A DNA stretch of 57,992 nt, counting the filler, from Diploschistes diacapsis (Eukaryota), in NCBI GenBank assembly GCA_023645945.1. It is 5 parts of 5 records of this genome, joined end to end, with 100 filler letters (N's around TTAATTAATTAA, not from the genome) between each part and the next. Parts side by side here need not be neighbours in the genome. Positions count along the whole stretch, not along the records: positions 46,496 to 57,992 come from JALAIB010000826.1; 4 more parts are not named here. One strand, 5' to 3'. The notes beneath the pieces were generated by a model. It was not told the origin of the DNA, ran no database searches, and saw only the letters and a list, made by a program, of their open reading frames with translations. The position numbers and the translations under genes were made by a program. The stretch's first letter is position 1. Every line of letters starts with the position of its first letter. Below are positions 57,173 to 57,992 of the stretch, piece after piece.

Positions 57173-57992
57173 GATGGGTGTGTTTCTTCCGGGAAGATTG
57201 GGAGGAGGACGGGGAGAAGGAGAGGAAAGAAGGGGAGAAAAGGGAAGAGAGGATGAGTAATGTAGGAAGGCTGGGAAGAAAGAAAGAAAGAGAGAGAGAA
57301 AGGAGGAAAAGGAGGAAGGAAGAGGGATGATGTTTTGGCGTGATAAAGGAGAAGAACGAAGAAGAAGAAGAAGAAGATGTGTACAAATTTTCTCTGGGCT
57401 GTACAATTCATTCTTTGGCACCGTGAGGGAACCGAAGTGGGCGGGGGGCGTTCTATTGCACTGGGGCATATATATGTATGTAATGTACGGCTCGAGGTAC
57501 ATTTTGGAGCCGTTGTCTATCCGGGCGCGTTCGTACTGTACTTTTTGTACTTTGTACTCTTCCATTACCAGCGCGGACTGGGGGGGAAGGCCAGCAACCC
57601 TTTTTTTATACCTATGCAAGGCGCGCACTATTCTTTGTCAAAAGATGTGTGATTCGAGAGTTTCCTCTCATTCCAAGCTTTTCTTTTTTTTTTCTCTCTC
57701 TCTTTGCATATGCATACATGGATACGTACATTTCACAAGGGCTTGCCACAACGATGCCTCTTCTCTCTCTCGAAAAAGAAAGAGAGAGAGAGAGAGAGGG
57801 AGAGAGGCTCTCCTTCTACCAACCTTCCCCACGCACTTCGATCAGCCCTACCGACTACTACCACCACCACCACCGCTACGACGACGACCACCTTCCTTCC
57901 GCTTGCGATCCCAATCCCCATCCTCACCCACTTCCTCTACCCGAAATTCATCCTAAGCTCAATGCTCGGGCCCACCTCCCTCTCCCTCTCCC

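Overview
Eukaryotic DNA from a filamentous ascomycete (Pezizomycotina), judged from short GT-AG introns with CTRAY branch points and fungal-type genes. It is not one locus. Five contigs of descending length (11545, 11529, 11524, 11497, 11497 bp) are joined by identical 100-bp N44-TTAATTAATTAA-N44 spacers, so gene adjacency across spacers means nothing. Contig 1: PHD-finger chromatin protein, Fpg glycosylase, 2-hydroxyacid dehydrogenase, PEX20 and the 5' end of SEC13. Contig 2: SIR2-family deacetylase, ACL4, a disrupted SDR and a BED-like + Zn2Cys6 transcription factor. Contig 3: the 5' end of IST1, then an accessory block with an orphan secreted protein, a decayed P450, a 12-Cys small secreted protein, a frameshifted FHA-kinase and an intact PD-(D/E)xK-like protein. 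Contig 4: the 3' end of IWR1, a Myb/SANT-like protein, a degenerate Nudix protein and long non-coding tracts. Contig 5: divergent NEO1 and SEC16. I cannot demonstrate a new system. The best candidates are a recurring strand-symmetric C-rich / GC-core / G-rich compositional element that overrides codon usage and coincides with contig breaks, and the contig-3 accessory block. All gene models were spliced by eye and family assignments come from remembered motifs, not database searches.
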